Positions 10,467 through 21,104 of a stretch of 64,000 nt of DNA are shown piece by piece (within the stretch, counting starts at the first letter, position 1; the number at the start of each line of letters is the position of its first letter). The DNA is from Methanotrichaceae archaeon (GTDB lineage: Archaea; Halobacteriota; Methanosarcinia; Methanotrichales; Methanotrichaceae). The notes beneath the pieces are model-generated. The model ran no database searches, had not been told where the DNA came from, and saw only the letters and a list, made by a program, of their open reading frames with translations. Position numbers and translations under genes: made by a program. The DNA lies in assembly GCA_963748825.1 (NCBI GenBank), contig CAVVKN010000009.1, positions 192,001 to 256,000 on the forward strand, written 5' to 3'.

Positions 10467-11651
10467 GTGCTATCCGACAGATACCCGCATGCCAAAGATC
10501 CGATAAGCTCATCTTTCGTAAAAAACCAGATAGAATGCCTGAAAGATTACGTAAAAAAAGTATACGTCATATCTCTTGCGCCTTTTGTGCCAAAGTTTCT
10601 CTCCCACTTTGACTTTATGGATAGCAAAGGACGGTGGGATGGCTATGCAGAGGACTACAAATATGATAATGTAGAAGTATATTTTGCCAGGCCTTGGGCG
10701 CTGCCTCTTGAATTTTCCCGGAAGCGAAGAGGGGATGACGGACTGAGAAGCGCAAAACGAGTGATAGAAAAAAATGAATTAGATTTCGATCTGATTCATG
10801 CCCATTTCACCTTCCCATCAGGATATGTCGGTGCAAAAATCAAGGAGTCTTATGGCAAGAGCCTAGTCTTGACCGTTCACGAAGACAGAAACTGGTTTCT
10901 CGGAGAGATCGCATCATGCGAAGAAAGGTTCCTTTATGCCTGGCGAAATGCTGATCGGATAATCAGAGTCAACAGCGCAGATCTCTTAGAGCTTGAGAAG
11001 ATAAATATAGACAAATCAAAGCTGGTCAATATTCCCAATGGCTTTTCTGCAAAGCAGTTCAAACCAATGGATAAGAGAACAGCCAGGGAGCAGTTGGACT
11101 TGCCTCAAGATAAGAAGATACTATTAAATCTTGCGGCACTTGAGATATATAAAGGCCAAGAATATTTAATCCATGCCATGAAAACCGTCGCTGCATCCAA
11201 GAAAGATGTAGCTCTTTACATTATTGGAAAAGGATCTCTCCAAAATTTCCTTCAATTGTTAATAGATCAAAATGGTTTACAGGATAACGTTATTTTAGTG
11301 GGCGGCAACAAATCCGTTGAAGAAATAGTCCTTTGGATGAATTGCTGTGACATCTTTGTATTGCCTAGCTTAAGCGAAAGCTTCGGAATAGTTCAGATCG
11401 AGGCTATGGCTTGCGGAAAACCTGTAGTTGCAACTTGCAACGGTGGCAGTGAGGAGATTATTGTTGATAAGAAATTAGGCATTCTTGTAGAAGCGGGGGA
11501 TGTGAACGGATTGGCAAAGGCTATGCTCAAAGCTCTTGATCGCGATTGGAATGCCGGATATATTTTGAATTATGCGGATCAGTTTAAGTGGAATAATGTT
11601 GCGGAAAGGATTGCAATTTTGTATAAGGATGTATTAGCGGAGCATGGATAA
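10467..11651 (+). CDS. Glycosyltransferase family 4
   Basis: DLIHAHF, IPNG and PSLSESFGIVQIEAMACGKPVVAT. Confidence 0.92.
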   Translation: MLSDRYPHAKDPISSSFVKNQIECLKDYVKKVYVISLAPFVPKFLSHFDFMDSKGRWDGYAEDYKYDNVEVYFARPWALPLEFSRKRRGDDGLRSAKRVIEKNELDFDLIHAHFTFPSGYVGAKIKESYGKSLVLTVHEDRNWFLGEIASCEERFLYAWRNADRIIRVNSADLLELEKINIDKSKLVNIPNGFSAKQFKPMDKRTAREQLDLPQDKKILLNLAALEIYKGQEYLIHAMKTVAASKKDVALYIIGKGSLQNFLQLLIDQNGLQDNVILVGGNKSVEEIVLWMNCCDIFVLPSLSESFGIVQIEAMACGKPVVATCNGGSEEIIVDKKLGILVEAGDVNGLAKAMLKALDRDWNAGYILNYADQFKWNNVAERIAILYKDVLAEHG

Positions 11652-11654
11652 ATA

Positions 11655-13166
11655 ATGCCGAAAGACATAATTGACTCCAAATCCCTCTTTGAAAGCAATT
11701 ACACTACAGAGCTAAGGATAGCTTTGCAGGACCGCGGTTTTCAAGAAGTGCTCCAAGGAGAGGTAGGCGTCTTTTCAATCAGGTACTTGTTTATAAATGA
11801 ATATATTAACTACATAACTTTGCTAAAATCAAATCCAAAGTACAAGCCTGTTATTGAACCTTCCAAGAGTTCAAATCTCAGTAAAATACTCACCCTGATA
11901 AAAAGGATCGCAGAAAAAAAAAAGAGAGATCAGGTTGACTTTCTATTCATATCTAGAAACCGGCAGGTGAAAGCAAAGGTAAAGTCAGGCTACTTGAAAG
12001 GAGATTACATTTTTTACAGTGTAATGGATGAGTTAATGAAAAGTCATCCTGAATGTAGACTCCAGATGTATATCATCGATGATAGCTACGATAAATATTA
12101 TTTTGCAGCTTTGCCGGACATCACACGGTCGATGCATATCACCATCAAGAGTTCCCTAAAATGGATTCTTTTTAAGAGGAACATTTTGAAAAGACTTGAG
12201 GCTATAAACTGCAACCATGTGGCATCGACTGCATCCTATTTTTTCCACCCAAGAATTTTCCTGCGAATCGCGTTAATGGGATACAGCATGGCAAATATGC
12301 TTTCTATGATGAGGCCCAAGGTGATAGCATCAAATGATGATTGCATGTATACCAGGCCTCTGAATAACGACGCTAAAATAGTTATACTTCAATCTGCGAG
12401 GATGGCAGATTATTTAGAAGAGTGCAAGGAATTCATCTTTCAAGAACAACGCATCATACCGGATTTCTTTTTATCCTCGGGCCGAGTCTTCGCAAAACTG
12501 AAAGAAAGATACAATGAAGCAGAAAATGTATTGATTACGGGCCTTCCTAGATACGATGTTCTAGGCTATGCCTCTGAGATATATTCAAAAACGGAATTTT
12601 TGAAAATGCATAAAATAGATCCCGATAGCAAAATAGTCCTTTGGACCACTCAGTGCCATGCATTAAGTGAGGAAGAGAATACCGCAAACTATCAGGCGGT
12701 ATTCGGCGTCATGAAGGATCTTCGGGGCATCACCATGATCATAAAGCAGCATCCGGCCGAGGGAGAAAGGTACACAGAGATAATTAGACGTTACATTGAA
12801 GATTGCCAAATAAATTGCTTTATTGCTCCCAGGAATTCGGACACCTATGAACAGCTTTTCATCTGCGACCTGGTTATTGCCAAAGCTTCTACTACAGTTA
12901 TGGAAGCAGTGGCCCTGAATAAGCCGGTAATAATTTTAAATCTCAGCGGGGAATCAGATCCTGTGGAGTATGTTCAAGAAGGCGTGGCCTTAGGCATATA
13001 TACCAAAGATGATCTGAAAGACGGCATTTTGAAGCTGCTGGCTGATGATTCAGAACTTGCTTTGAATCGGTCCAGGTATGTGGAAGACTATCTTTGCAAA
13101 GTAGATGGATTGGCAACAGACAGGGTTGTAAGCCTTCTGATTAAATTAGCAGATATGAGATCATAA
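11655..13166 (+). CDS. GT-B protein of the capsule/CDP-glycerol-transferase-like class; candidate nonulosonic-acid transferase
   Basis: TGLPRYD, IIKQHP and STTVMEAVALNKPV motifs; AT-rich; converges on pseI. Confidence 0.55.
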   Translation: MPKDIIDSKSLFESNYTTELRIALQDRGFQEVLQGEVGVFSIRYLFINEYINYITLLKSNPKYKPVIEPSKSSNLSKILTLIKRIAEKKKRDQVDFLFISRNRQVKAKVKSGYLKGDYIFYSVMDELMKSHPECRLQMYIIDDSYDKYYFAALPDITRSMHITIKSSLKWILFKRNILKRLEAINCNHVASTASYFFHPRIFLRIALMGYSMANMLSMMRPKVIASNDDCMYTRPLNNDAKIVILQSARMADYLEECKEFIFQEQRIIPDFFLSSGRVFAKLKERYNEAENVLITGLPRYDVLGYASEIYSKTEFLKMHKIDPDSKIVLWTTQCHALSEEENTANYQAVFGVMKDLRGITMIIKQHPAEGERYTEIIRRYIEDCQINCFIAPRNSDTYEQLFICDLVIAKASTTVMEAVALNKPVIILNLSGESDPVEYVQEGVALGIYTKDDLKDGILKLLADDSELALNRSRYVEDYLCKVDGLATDRVVSLLIKLADMRS

Positions 13167-13224
13167 AATAAGGAGTAAATAAATCCAAGGATAAAGAATG
13201 GATTTCAATGCAGGGTGTCATATT

Positions 13225-14298
13225 CTATCGCCAGCTCAGCATATCCAAAGTCAGAGGTGTACCCTTAGCCAAGTCATGGGCAACGCGCCTGCCAAGCACG
13301 TCCTTCAAATGCCTTGGGTGAAGGCCGTAGCCGGGACGTACTGACCGGACATTTTCGGATGTTAAAATCTCTCCCTCTTTAACATCCTTTGCAATAAAGA
13401 GAGATTTTCGGAAGACTCTGCACTCGCCCTCCCGCGCGCTGACGCCGTAGTGCACTTTCCCTAAGGCCTTCTCAGCTACACGTATGGCTTTGACCATGCC
13501 GGCAAACTCCTGCGGCTCAAGGGAAAAAGCATTGTCCGGACCGGGCTTGGACCTGGAAAGGGTAAAATGCTTTTCGATTATGCATGCACCCATACAGACC
13601 GCGGCCACGGGCACCTCTATGCCCAGTGTGTGGTCCGAGAGGCCCACCGGCAAGCTGAATGCCTCCGCGAGGTGGGGAATGGTGCGCAGGTTCATCTCCT
13701 CTACAGGGGCAGGATAGGCGCTGGTGCATTTGAGTAGGGCAATCTCTTTTGCTCCGGCCCCGCGCGCCGCTTGCACCGCCTCTTCTATTTCTCCCAAGGT
13801 GGCCATGCCTGTGGAAATAATCAAGGGCTTGCCGGTGGCCGCCATCTTCTCGATGAGAGGGATATCTACGATTTCAAAGGAGGCAATCTTGTGCACGGGA
13901 GCAGACAGCTCTTCCAGGAAATCTACGGCCGATGGATCAAAGGCCGTGGAGAATATATCCATTTCCTGCGCTCTCGCCTCTTCAAACAATCTTGCATGCC
14001 ATTCCCATGGGGTATAAGCCTCGCCGTAGAGATCGTAAAGGAACTTGCCCCCCCAAAGGCTCCCCTTGCCAATGCGGAAAAGCTCACTGTGGCAGTCTAT
14101 TGTTATGGTGTCGGGGGTATAGGTCTGCAGCTTGACGGCATCCGCACCGGCTTGCTTTGCCGCACGAATTAGTTTTACCGCCTCATCGTAGCTCTGGTTA
14201 TGGTTGGCCGATATCTCGGCAATAATGTAAACCCGCTGCCCTACGCCAATAATTCTGCCTGCTATGTTCACGAAAGACATTTTCATCGCCTGCTGCAT
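13225..14298 (-). CDS. pseI: Pseudaminic acid synthase (NeuB family)
   Basis: IAEISANHN, KLQTYTPDTITID, KIASFEIVD, GLSDHT, IEKHF and a C-terminal SAF/AFL domain. Confidence 0.93.
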   Translation of the reverse strand: MQQAMKMSFVNIAGRIIGVGQRVYIIAEISANHNQSYDEAVKLIRAAKQAGADAVKLQTYTPDTITIDCHSELFRIGKGSLWGGKFLYDLYGEAYTPWEWHARLFEEARAQEMDIFSTAFDPSAVDFLEELSAPVHKIASFEIVDIPLIEKMAATGKPLIISTGMATLGEIEEAVQAARGAGAKEIALLKCTSAYPAPVEEMNLRTIPHLAEAFSLPVGLSDHTLGIEVPVAAVCMGACIIEKHFTLSRSKPGPDNAFSLEPQEFAGMVKAIRVAEKALGKVHYGVSAREGECRVFRKSLFIAKDVKEGEILTSENVRSVRPGYGLHPRHLKDVLGRRVAHDLAKGTPLTLDMLSWR

Positions 14299-14327
14299 AT
14301 TTGGAAGGTGATTAGCTAATCAGATCC

Positions 14328-15828
14328 TCATTGTCTATCTATCATATAGTGCCGGGCTCTAATTCCGTTGATGGTAGTTGGGCCTATTTCGGAAAAGCCC
14401 GCTCTTTCGAATACTTTCGCTGATCGATGGTTTTGCGGCTTTATAAATGCGCTCACTTTGAAAATGCTGCATCTCTTAAGCATCTCATCTATAGCCCTGA
14501 TAATAATAAAACCTGCCAGCCCTTGTCCTCTCATATTTGGATCAAGGTTTATGCTTATTATTGCTTCATCTCCGTCAAGATCAAAGCGAACCATACCCAG
14601 AGATTTTCCCTTGTCATCGCTGCAAAAAAGCAATAGGCAATTGGAGTCCTGAAGTCGCTGCGAGAACCAATTGCGATGCGTATCCCATTCGATGGGACCA
14701 GAATTGAATGAGGCAGCTCGCGTATCTTCATCATTGGCCCATTTATATATCTGCTCGCAGTCGCTTTCAACTGCTTTCCGGACCTTGATGACTTTCCTCA
14801 AAATAGCCTCGATAACCCTAGTAGTTCCCCGCCCGTCCACAAGTTGCCTGCCGATACGAGACATTGAATCTCTAGCCGTGAAATTGACCCGCAAGTCCTC
14901 AACCTTTTTTTGAATACACGCACGACTCAAGTCATGATGCCAACCAAGGTTTGTTGCCGCGTGGATCTCTGCAAACTTTTCTGCAACCTGAACTTGATTT
15001 GCCGCGATTATTACAATCAGGCTAGGTAAACCCATGAACGCCGTCTCATAAGATGTGGTGCCCCCTGATATTATGGCCATATCCGCCCATGACATGAGTT
15101 CCGGCATATTCGAGGCATTCCTAACATGGCGGACAGGGACTTGTGACAGTTTTGCTGCCGCCTGCAATGCGGTATTGTGATTATTGCCTACTCCTACCAC
15201 TACTACCACTTCTATTCCATTAGCAGTTAGGCTTCGCAGTGAGCTTAAAATCTTTAAAGTTACATTGTCGGGATCGCTGCCACCCAAAGTGACCAGTATC
15301 TTGCAGGCTTTGTCTGGATTCTTCCTTATCCGATTGCGCCAGGACAAAAATTCCCTGCGCAGAAGAACAAAGGACGATCCAAGCAGAAGCTTAGTTTTAA
15401 AATCTCGATCTTTATAAAGCTCTTCTTGGGCATAGATATTTTGGTTCAAAACCAAATCAGCCGAGTAGAATTCGGCATGTCCATAATCATCGATGAAGAG
15501 TGAATGCAGTCTTGCCTTCTTTAGACTCATTTGATATTCTGAACAGAATTGATAGCCGTCCACCACCACGAAGCAGGCATTTTGCGAAATTGCCAGATCG
15601 ACGGTTAGAGCTGCGTCTTTTTCACTGCCAGGTTCAGCAATGATATGATGAACTGCTAAAACCGTCTCCCATCAAACGACGCTCAATTTCCGGCATTTCT
15701 CCAGCCATGGCAAAAATCGCACTTCCTCCGGCATCCTTCCATGCCAGGGCTAGGGCCAGGCAGCGCATGACGTGGCCGGTTCCCATCTCCTGGCTGGCAT
15801 CTGCCCGAATTAGCAGTGTTGGGACCAT
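14328..15828 (-). CDS. pseG: PseG hydrolase fused to a C-terminal PseH-like GNAT; one frameshift at ~15658
   Basis: IRADASQEMGTGHVMRCLALA in the upstream frame; VDGY, FIDD, LRREF, TLGGSD, DGRG, then GNAT WANDEDTRAASF. Confidence 0.85.
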
Positions 15829-15830
15829 TC

Positions 15831-16563
15831 TCAGCACTCCTCCAGAGACTTCTGACGTATGTGACGGTTTACTTCAGCCAAATTTGGCTCTCTCTTGAAG
15901 AGTTCCAGCACATCTCTCCACGAGAAAAGGTCGTCTCGGTCGATCTTCGCGTAGACGGCTCGAATAAGGGCCAGATCCTCACTGGTGTCAACTGTCCATC
16001 GGTAATGACTCCAGTTCTTATCCCCGCTTACCGAGATGTATTCTGAACTGATCTGGATGCAGATAGATGTAAGGCGTTACGTGCACGTGCTGGAAATCCA
16101 TGGAGGCTTCACACCATGCTTTTTTTAGGGCGTCAAAGGCGAAGACCTCCACATCCAGGCCGCGAGGATATGTACTCTCAATGGTATTGCTGGCATAGTC
16201 CGGGCAGTTATCTAAAAAGGCCTGCACGACACGATCGATAATTTCCGGATCGATGAGCGGGCAGTCCGAAGTTATACGCACTATGAGGTCTGCGGAAAAA
16301 GCCCTGGCTGCCTGATAGTATCGATCAAGAACGTCATCTTCCGAGCCCCGGAAGCAAGAGATGCCCAACGAATCGCACTCAGAGACTATGACATCATCGG
16401 CTTTTTTCTCGGTGGTTGCCACAACCAACTTGTCAATTAAGGCAGAGCGCAACGCCCGCCGGACTACTCTGGCCAGCATGGTCCTGCCATGAAGGTCCTT
16501 TAGAGCTTTGCCCGGCAGGCGAGTACTCCCCATGCGGGCCTGGACTATGGCTACGATTTTCAT
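15831..16563 (-). CDS. pseF: Nonulosonate cytidylyltransferase (SpsF/PseF-like); frameshift at ~16037
   Basis: QARMGSTRLPGK, RGSEDDVLDRY, RITSDCP; continues in another frame as RWTVDTSEDL to TGA at 15831. Confidence 0.82.
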
Positions 16564-16564
16564 A

Positions 16565-17208
16565 TCAGTAATTCTTTTTCAAGAGAAACATGGCATCTAT
16601 ATTTTCATTTCCTAGATATTTGATGCGCTCTTCTTTTACAAGAGTCAGATCATTAAACAGATCTACGTACTTTTTCGCAAAATCTGCCTTCCAAAGAAGA
16701 TTGCTTTTACCTCGATAAGGGATATCTTTGGTCTCGTCCGAATAGTACTCAAAGCCAAAGATGTATTTCTTTGTGCACCTATGAATCTCCCTTAGGACAC
16801 ATGGCAAATTATTTGGATCTATGTGGATGAGGACGCCGGAAGTGAAGACCATATCAAAATAGCCATCCTTGAAGGGTATATCGGATGCATCCCCCTGAAT
16901 GATGTTGATATTCTTGCTTTTCGATTTAGAGATCTCGACGGCATAGCTTTGCAGTTCAATGCCGTAAAGGGCCCCAAAGCCCATCCTTTGCAGACTGAGG
17001 AGCTGATTGCCGACATTTGATCCTACCTCCAAAATCCTCATTGAGCGATCCAGATTATCCAGAAATCTCCGATTCAGCTCCGTCCTGGTTAATCCATAAT
17101 TCCTGGTGTAAAGCTCCTCCATCTCCTCGATGGATTGGGGATTTCGTTCGGTGTACTCACGACCAAAGGCTCCACTCCACTCCGAAGCCTGATCTGTTTT
17201 TTTATCAT
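16565..17208 (-). CDS. Pseudaminic-acid-biosynthesis-associated SAM methyltransferase; frameshift in an A7 run near the start
   Basis: WSGAFGREYTERN N-terminus, LEVGSNVG, FTSGVLIHI and YRG...LWKADF. Confidence 0.82.
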
Positions 17209-17247
17209 TTCGTTTACCTGCCTCTGAACCGGAGTTTATTTAACAAC

Positions 17248-18457
17248 TCAAATCGCATAATGCCCAAACACCTTCTCTATCGCATCGATTACGTTTTCTG
17301 CATCCTGATCAGTCATGCCATGGAACATGGGCAAGGATATAAGTGTCTCATAAGCTGCCTCTGCAACAGGATACTCGCCGCCATGATAGCCAAAGCGTTG
17401 ACGGTAAAAGGGATGAGTATGAACTGGGATATAGTGGACGTTTACGCCTATGTTCTCAGCCCGCAGAGCAGCAAAGATCTCTGCCCGTCCGGCACGAAAA
17501 GATGATTGATCAAACCGGATCGGATACAGATGCCAGGCAGGAAGACACATCTTTTCTTACCGTCGGCAATATGATCCCAGGAATGTCTTTTAATGCTGCA
17601 TTATAGCACGCGGCTATCTCTCGCCTGCGAGAGAGGTTCTGATCCAGCTTCTTTAGCTGCGACAGACCCAGAGCACAACCGATATCTGTGAGACGATAAT
17701 TGTAGCCCAGATCCACCATCTCATAATACCACTGCCCTTTTGCCTGGCGCTGCCGGGCATCGCCCTCTATCCCATGATTGCGAAAACGCCGCAGCCTTGC
17801 TGCCATCTCATCATCATCGGTGGTAACCATGCCGCCTTCTCCTGTGGTGATGTGCTTGACAGGATGAAAGCTGAAGACGGTCATATCACAAATCCCGCCC
17901 ACCGGTCTTCCTTTATGTTCTGCACCAAGGGCGTGGCAGGCATCCTCGATTACTATGAGGTCCTTCTCCTCCGCCAGCTCCCGAATAGGATCGAGATCAG
18001 CCGGATGGCCGGCATAATCCACCGGTATGATGGCCTTCGTTTTTTCCGTTATGCGGCTTGCCACGTCTTCCGGATTAATGTTTAAAGTATCGGCAGTAAC
18101 ATCGGCAAATACAGGTGTTGCTCCCTGGTAGAGAATGCAATTAGCAGTAGCGCAGAAGGTCATGGGCGTGGTGATGGCCTCGTCGCCCGGCTGCAGGCCG
18201 GCGGCATAGGCCGCACCGTGCAGGGCGGCAGTGCCGGAGCTGAAGGCAACCGCGTGCTTTGCGCCTACGCGACCAGCAAAGGCTTCCTCAAATTCGATGA
18301 CCTTGGGGCCAGTAGTGATCCAGTCGGATTGAAGGACTCGAACTACTGCTTGAATGTCCTCTTCATCGATGCTCTGATGTCCATAGGGCAGAAAAGTCTG
18401 GCGCACCGGCCTTCCGCCCTCTATCGCCAGCTTTTCTTCACTCTTCGCCCTCGCCAA
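17248..18457 (-). CDS. pseC: UDP-4-amino-sugar transaminase PseC (DegT family); frameshift at ~17545
   Basis: LPYGHQSIDEEDI, SSGTAALH, EDACHALG, FSFHPVKHITTGEGG; C-terminus in ORF 17248..17550. Confidence 0.88.
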
Positions 18458-19418
18458 GCCGTCTCAACTCCTCCACGGATAACCACTCTTCGTTGGTGTC
18501 ACTGGAATAGCTTGAGCCTTCTTCCATCCTCTTGGAGCCCGCCCAGTTCTCCACCTTCCACCAGGGATGAGTAGGCATGATCACGTACTTATCATCCAGC
18601 ACAACGGCATGGCGAGCCTCATCTTCAGAGACAAGAACCTCATGCAGCTTCTCTCCGCCCCTAATGCCGATGTAGTTTACGGCACATCCGGGTGCCATCG
18701 CTTCCGTCAGATCCATGATCTTGGAGCTGGGAATCTTGGGCACGAATATCTCGCCGCCGTGCATATCTTCTGTGCATCGCATCACAAACCTAACGCCTCG
18801 ATTGAGGGTGATCCAAAACCTGGTCATGCGAGGATCTGTGACCGTGACTGTTCCACACTCGCGTTGTTTCTTGAAGAGGGGCATGACGCTGCCACGACTG
18901 CCAACAACATTTCCATAGCGGCATACAGAAAACTTGGTGCCTCCAACGCCAGAATAGGCATTGGCCTGGACGAACATCTTCTCGGCGCATAGCTTGGTCG
19001 CACCATAAAGATTGATGGGATTGACGGCTTTATCCGTGCTAATGGCCATGACCTTTTTTACACCGCGATCAATGGCCGCATCTATCACATTCTTGGCACC
19101 TATGATATTGGTCTGAACTGCTTCGAAGGGATTATATTCGCAAGCAGGTACCTGCTTTAGAGCTGCGGCATGTATCACCACATCAACTTTATTGAACGCT
19201 CTGTAAAGGCGCTCTTTGTCTCTTACATCGCCAATGAAGTAACGCACCGGAGAGTCTCCCGTGTCGGGAAATATCTGGCGCATCTCATGCTGTTTGAGCT
19301 CGCCTCTGCTGAAGATTACCAGCCTCCTGGGGCTGTATTCGCGAAGCATTATCTCAGTGAACTTCCTGCCGAAAGAGCCTGTTCCGCCCGTGACCAGGAT
19401 ATTAAGATCGTCGAACAT
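18438..19418 (-). CDS. pseB: UDP-GlcNAc 4,6-dehydratase (inverting)
   Basis: TGGTGSFG, AAALKQVPACEYNP, STDKA, YGATK, RYGNVVGSRGSV and MTRF. Confidence 0.95.
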   Translation of the reverse strand: MFDDLNILVTGGTGSFGRKFTEIMLREYSPRRLVIFSRGELKQHEMRQIFPDTGDSPVRYFIGDVRDKERLYRAFNKVDVVIHAAALKQVPACEYNPFEAVQTNIIGAKNVIDAAIDRGVKKVMAISTDKAVNPINLYGATKLCAEKMFVQANAYSGVGGTKFSVCRYGNVVGSRGSVMPLFKKQRECGTVTVTDPRMTRFWITLNRGVRFVMRCTEDMHGGEIFVPKIPSSKIMDLTEAMAPGCAVNYIGIRGGEKLHEVLVSEDEARHAVVLDDKYVIMPTHPWWKVENWAGSKRMEEGSSYSSDTNEEWLSVEELRRLGEGEE

Positions 19419-19529
19419 TGTATTCCCTTTGGATTATTGCAGCACCAGATGTACTAGAAAGTTCTATACGCGACCAGGATTTAAAGTCTTCTTGGTCGTT
19501 GGTTTAATATGGATATATCACGCGCCATT

Positions 19530-20982
19530 TCACTTATTAAATAGCAGCTTTCTGACAAACCCGATCTCCTCAATTGTAAATCCTTTTAATACCAATAAAA
19601 CGATAAAGTAGATCAGAGCACCGATCGCTACGGACAGAGCTAATCCTGCGACACCTTCCGGCCTTAGTATGAGTAGTAGAAAAGACATGACCATCGAAGC
19701 TACTAAGCTTTTAGCAACAAAATTCAAGCGGAAAGAGATTTTTATTGATTTTTTGGCATAATAACTTGTAATAATAAACACAAAGGCGAATGATATCAAT
19801 GTAGCAATAGCGCCACCGATTATTCCCATATAGGGTATTAATAGAAAGCTTAAGACCAAGATTCAGAATAGCGGCGATAATCCAGATTTTACCGGTGAGT
19901 GCAGTATTTTTTTCCAGGACCAATATCTGCGCAACTATGGCATAAGCTCCCAGAAACAGAGCACCTAATGCCATAAATGGCGTTACTATATAACCCTGAG
20001 CCGCGATCTCCGGTGTGGACAAGCACATTCAATATGGGCCGGGATAAGAGAGATAGTCCGAAGGCAGCAGGAATGCCCAGGGCCAGGAAAAATTTCAGTG
20101 AGAATCCTAAGATAGCTCTCACCTCTTCCGTCTCATTCTCATCATAGTGCTTGGAAAGCGCGGCAGGCAATATGAATGATAGTGGAGCTATAAACAAGTT
20201 GATCATATTGCCCAATGTATATCCCGGAGAAAAATAACCCACGAAGGTTGTCCCCATCAATAGCCCAATTACATAGCGATTGCTCGAGTTTACAATCCAG
20301 CTTGATAGATTGCCAGGGATGGTGGGCATGCCGAAGGCCAGGTACTCTCTGATGTTCTTGAATTTAGGAAATGATGCTCCCACATCCGAGACTACAAACG
20401 AAACCATCGCCACGAATATCAGAATATCTGCGAATATCAGCCCGATCACGGCTCCTAAAATTCCCTTTCCGGAGAGCACGAAGTAAATTACCAGGAGCAG
20501 GCTGAAGAAATGCCTTCCCAAAAATAAATGCTGAGTATTTTTTAATCTGCTGAACGCTCCGGAAATAAGCAAACGGAATGCTGATCAAGCACTCTATAAA
20601 GACCAATAGCGAAAGAGCTTGGACAATATTCTGGCGGCCATCAAAAAGAGCTGATGCAATCGGCTCTGACAGAAGATAAATACCGGTTGCTGCCGCCAGT
20701 CCGACAAGAGCGATTATCGCATGCCATCGAATAAAATATTTCCTGAATATTTTCTCTCCCTTTCGCAGAGGGCAGAAACCTCACCATGGAGTAAGGTAGT
20801 CCAAGAAGGGCCACAGCGGGAACAAGGCCGATTGTCACTGAGATCTGAACCCATACGCCATACTCGGATATTGGCAGGTTCTTGGTGAGAAGGGGGAGCA
20901 TAATGAGTGAGTTGAGCTCCACGAGCAGGTTGGTTAAGGCCACCAGACCAATTCGTTTCGCCAGAAGCTGCCGCTGGCTCAT
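19530..20982 (-). CDS. Wzx/MOP-type oligosaccharide flippase split by several frameshifts
   Basis: Five consecutive hydrophobic ORF pieces: LPLLTKNL...YGVW, SWIVNSSNRYVIG...VGYFSPGY, LIPYMGIIGGAIAT. Confidence 0.82.
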
Positions 20983-21104
20983 AATATCACCATTATTGGT
21001 AAAGCCGGCTTGCTCAGGAAAGGCCTAGTTGCCATTGCTTCAAGTAAAAAGAGACTCCTGCATAAATCCTTTGGCAATAAAATAGATCGTGCCCCTCAAA
21101 TCAA

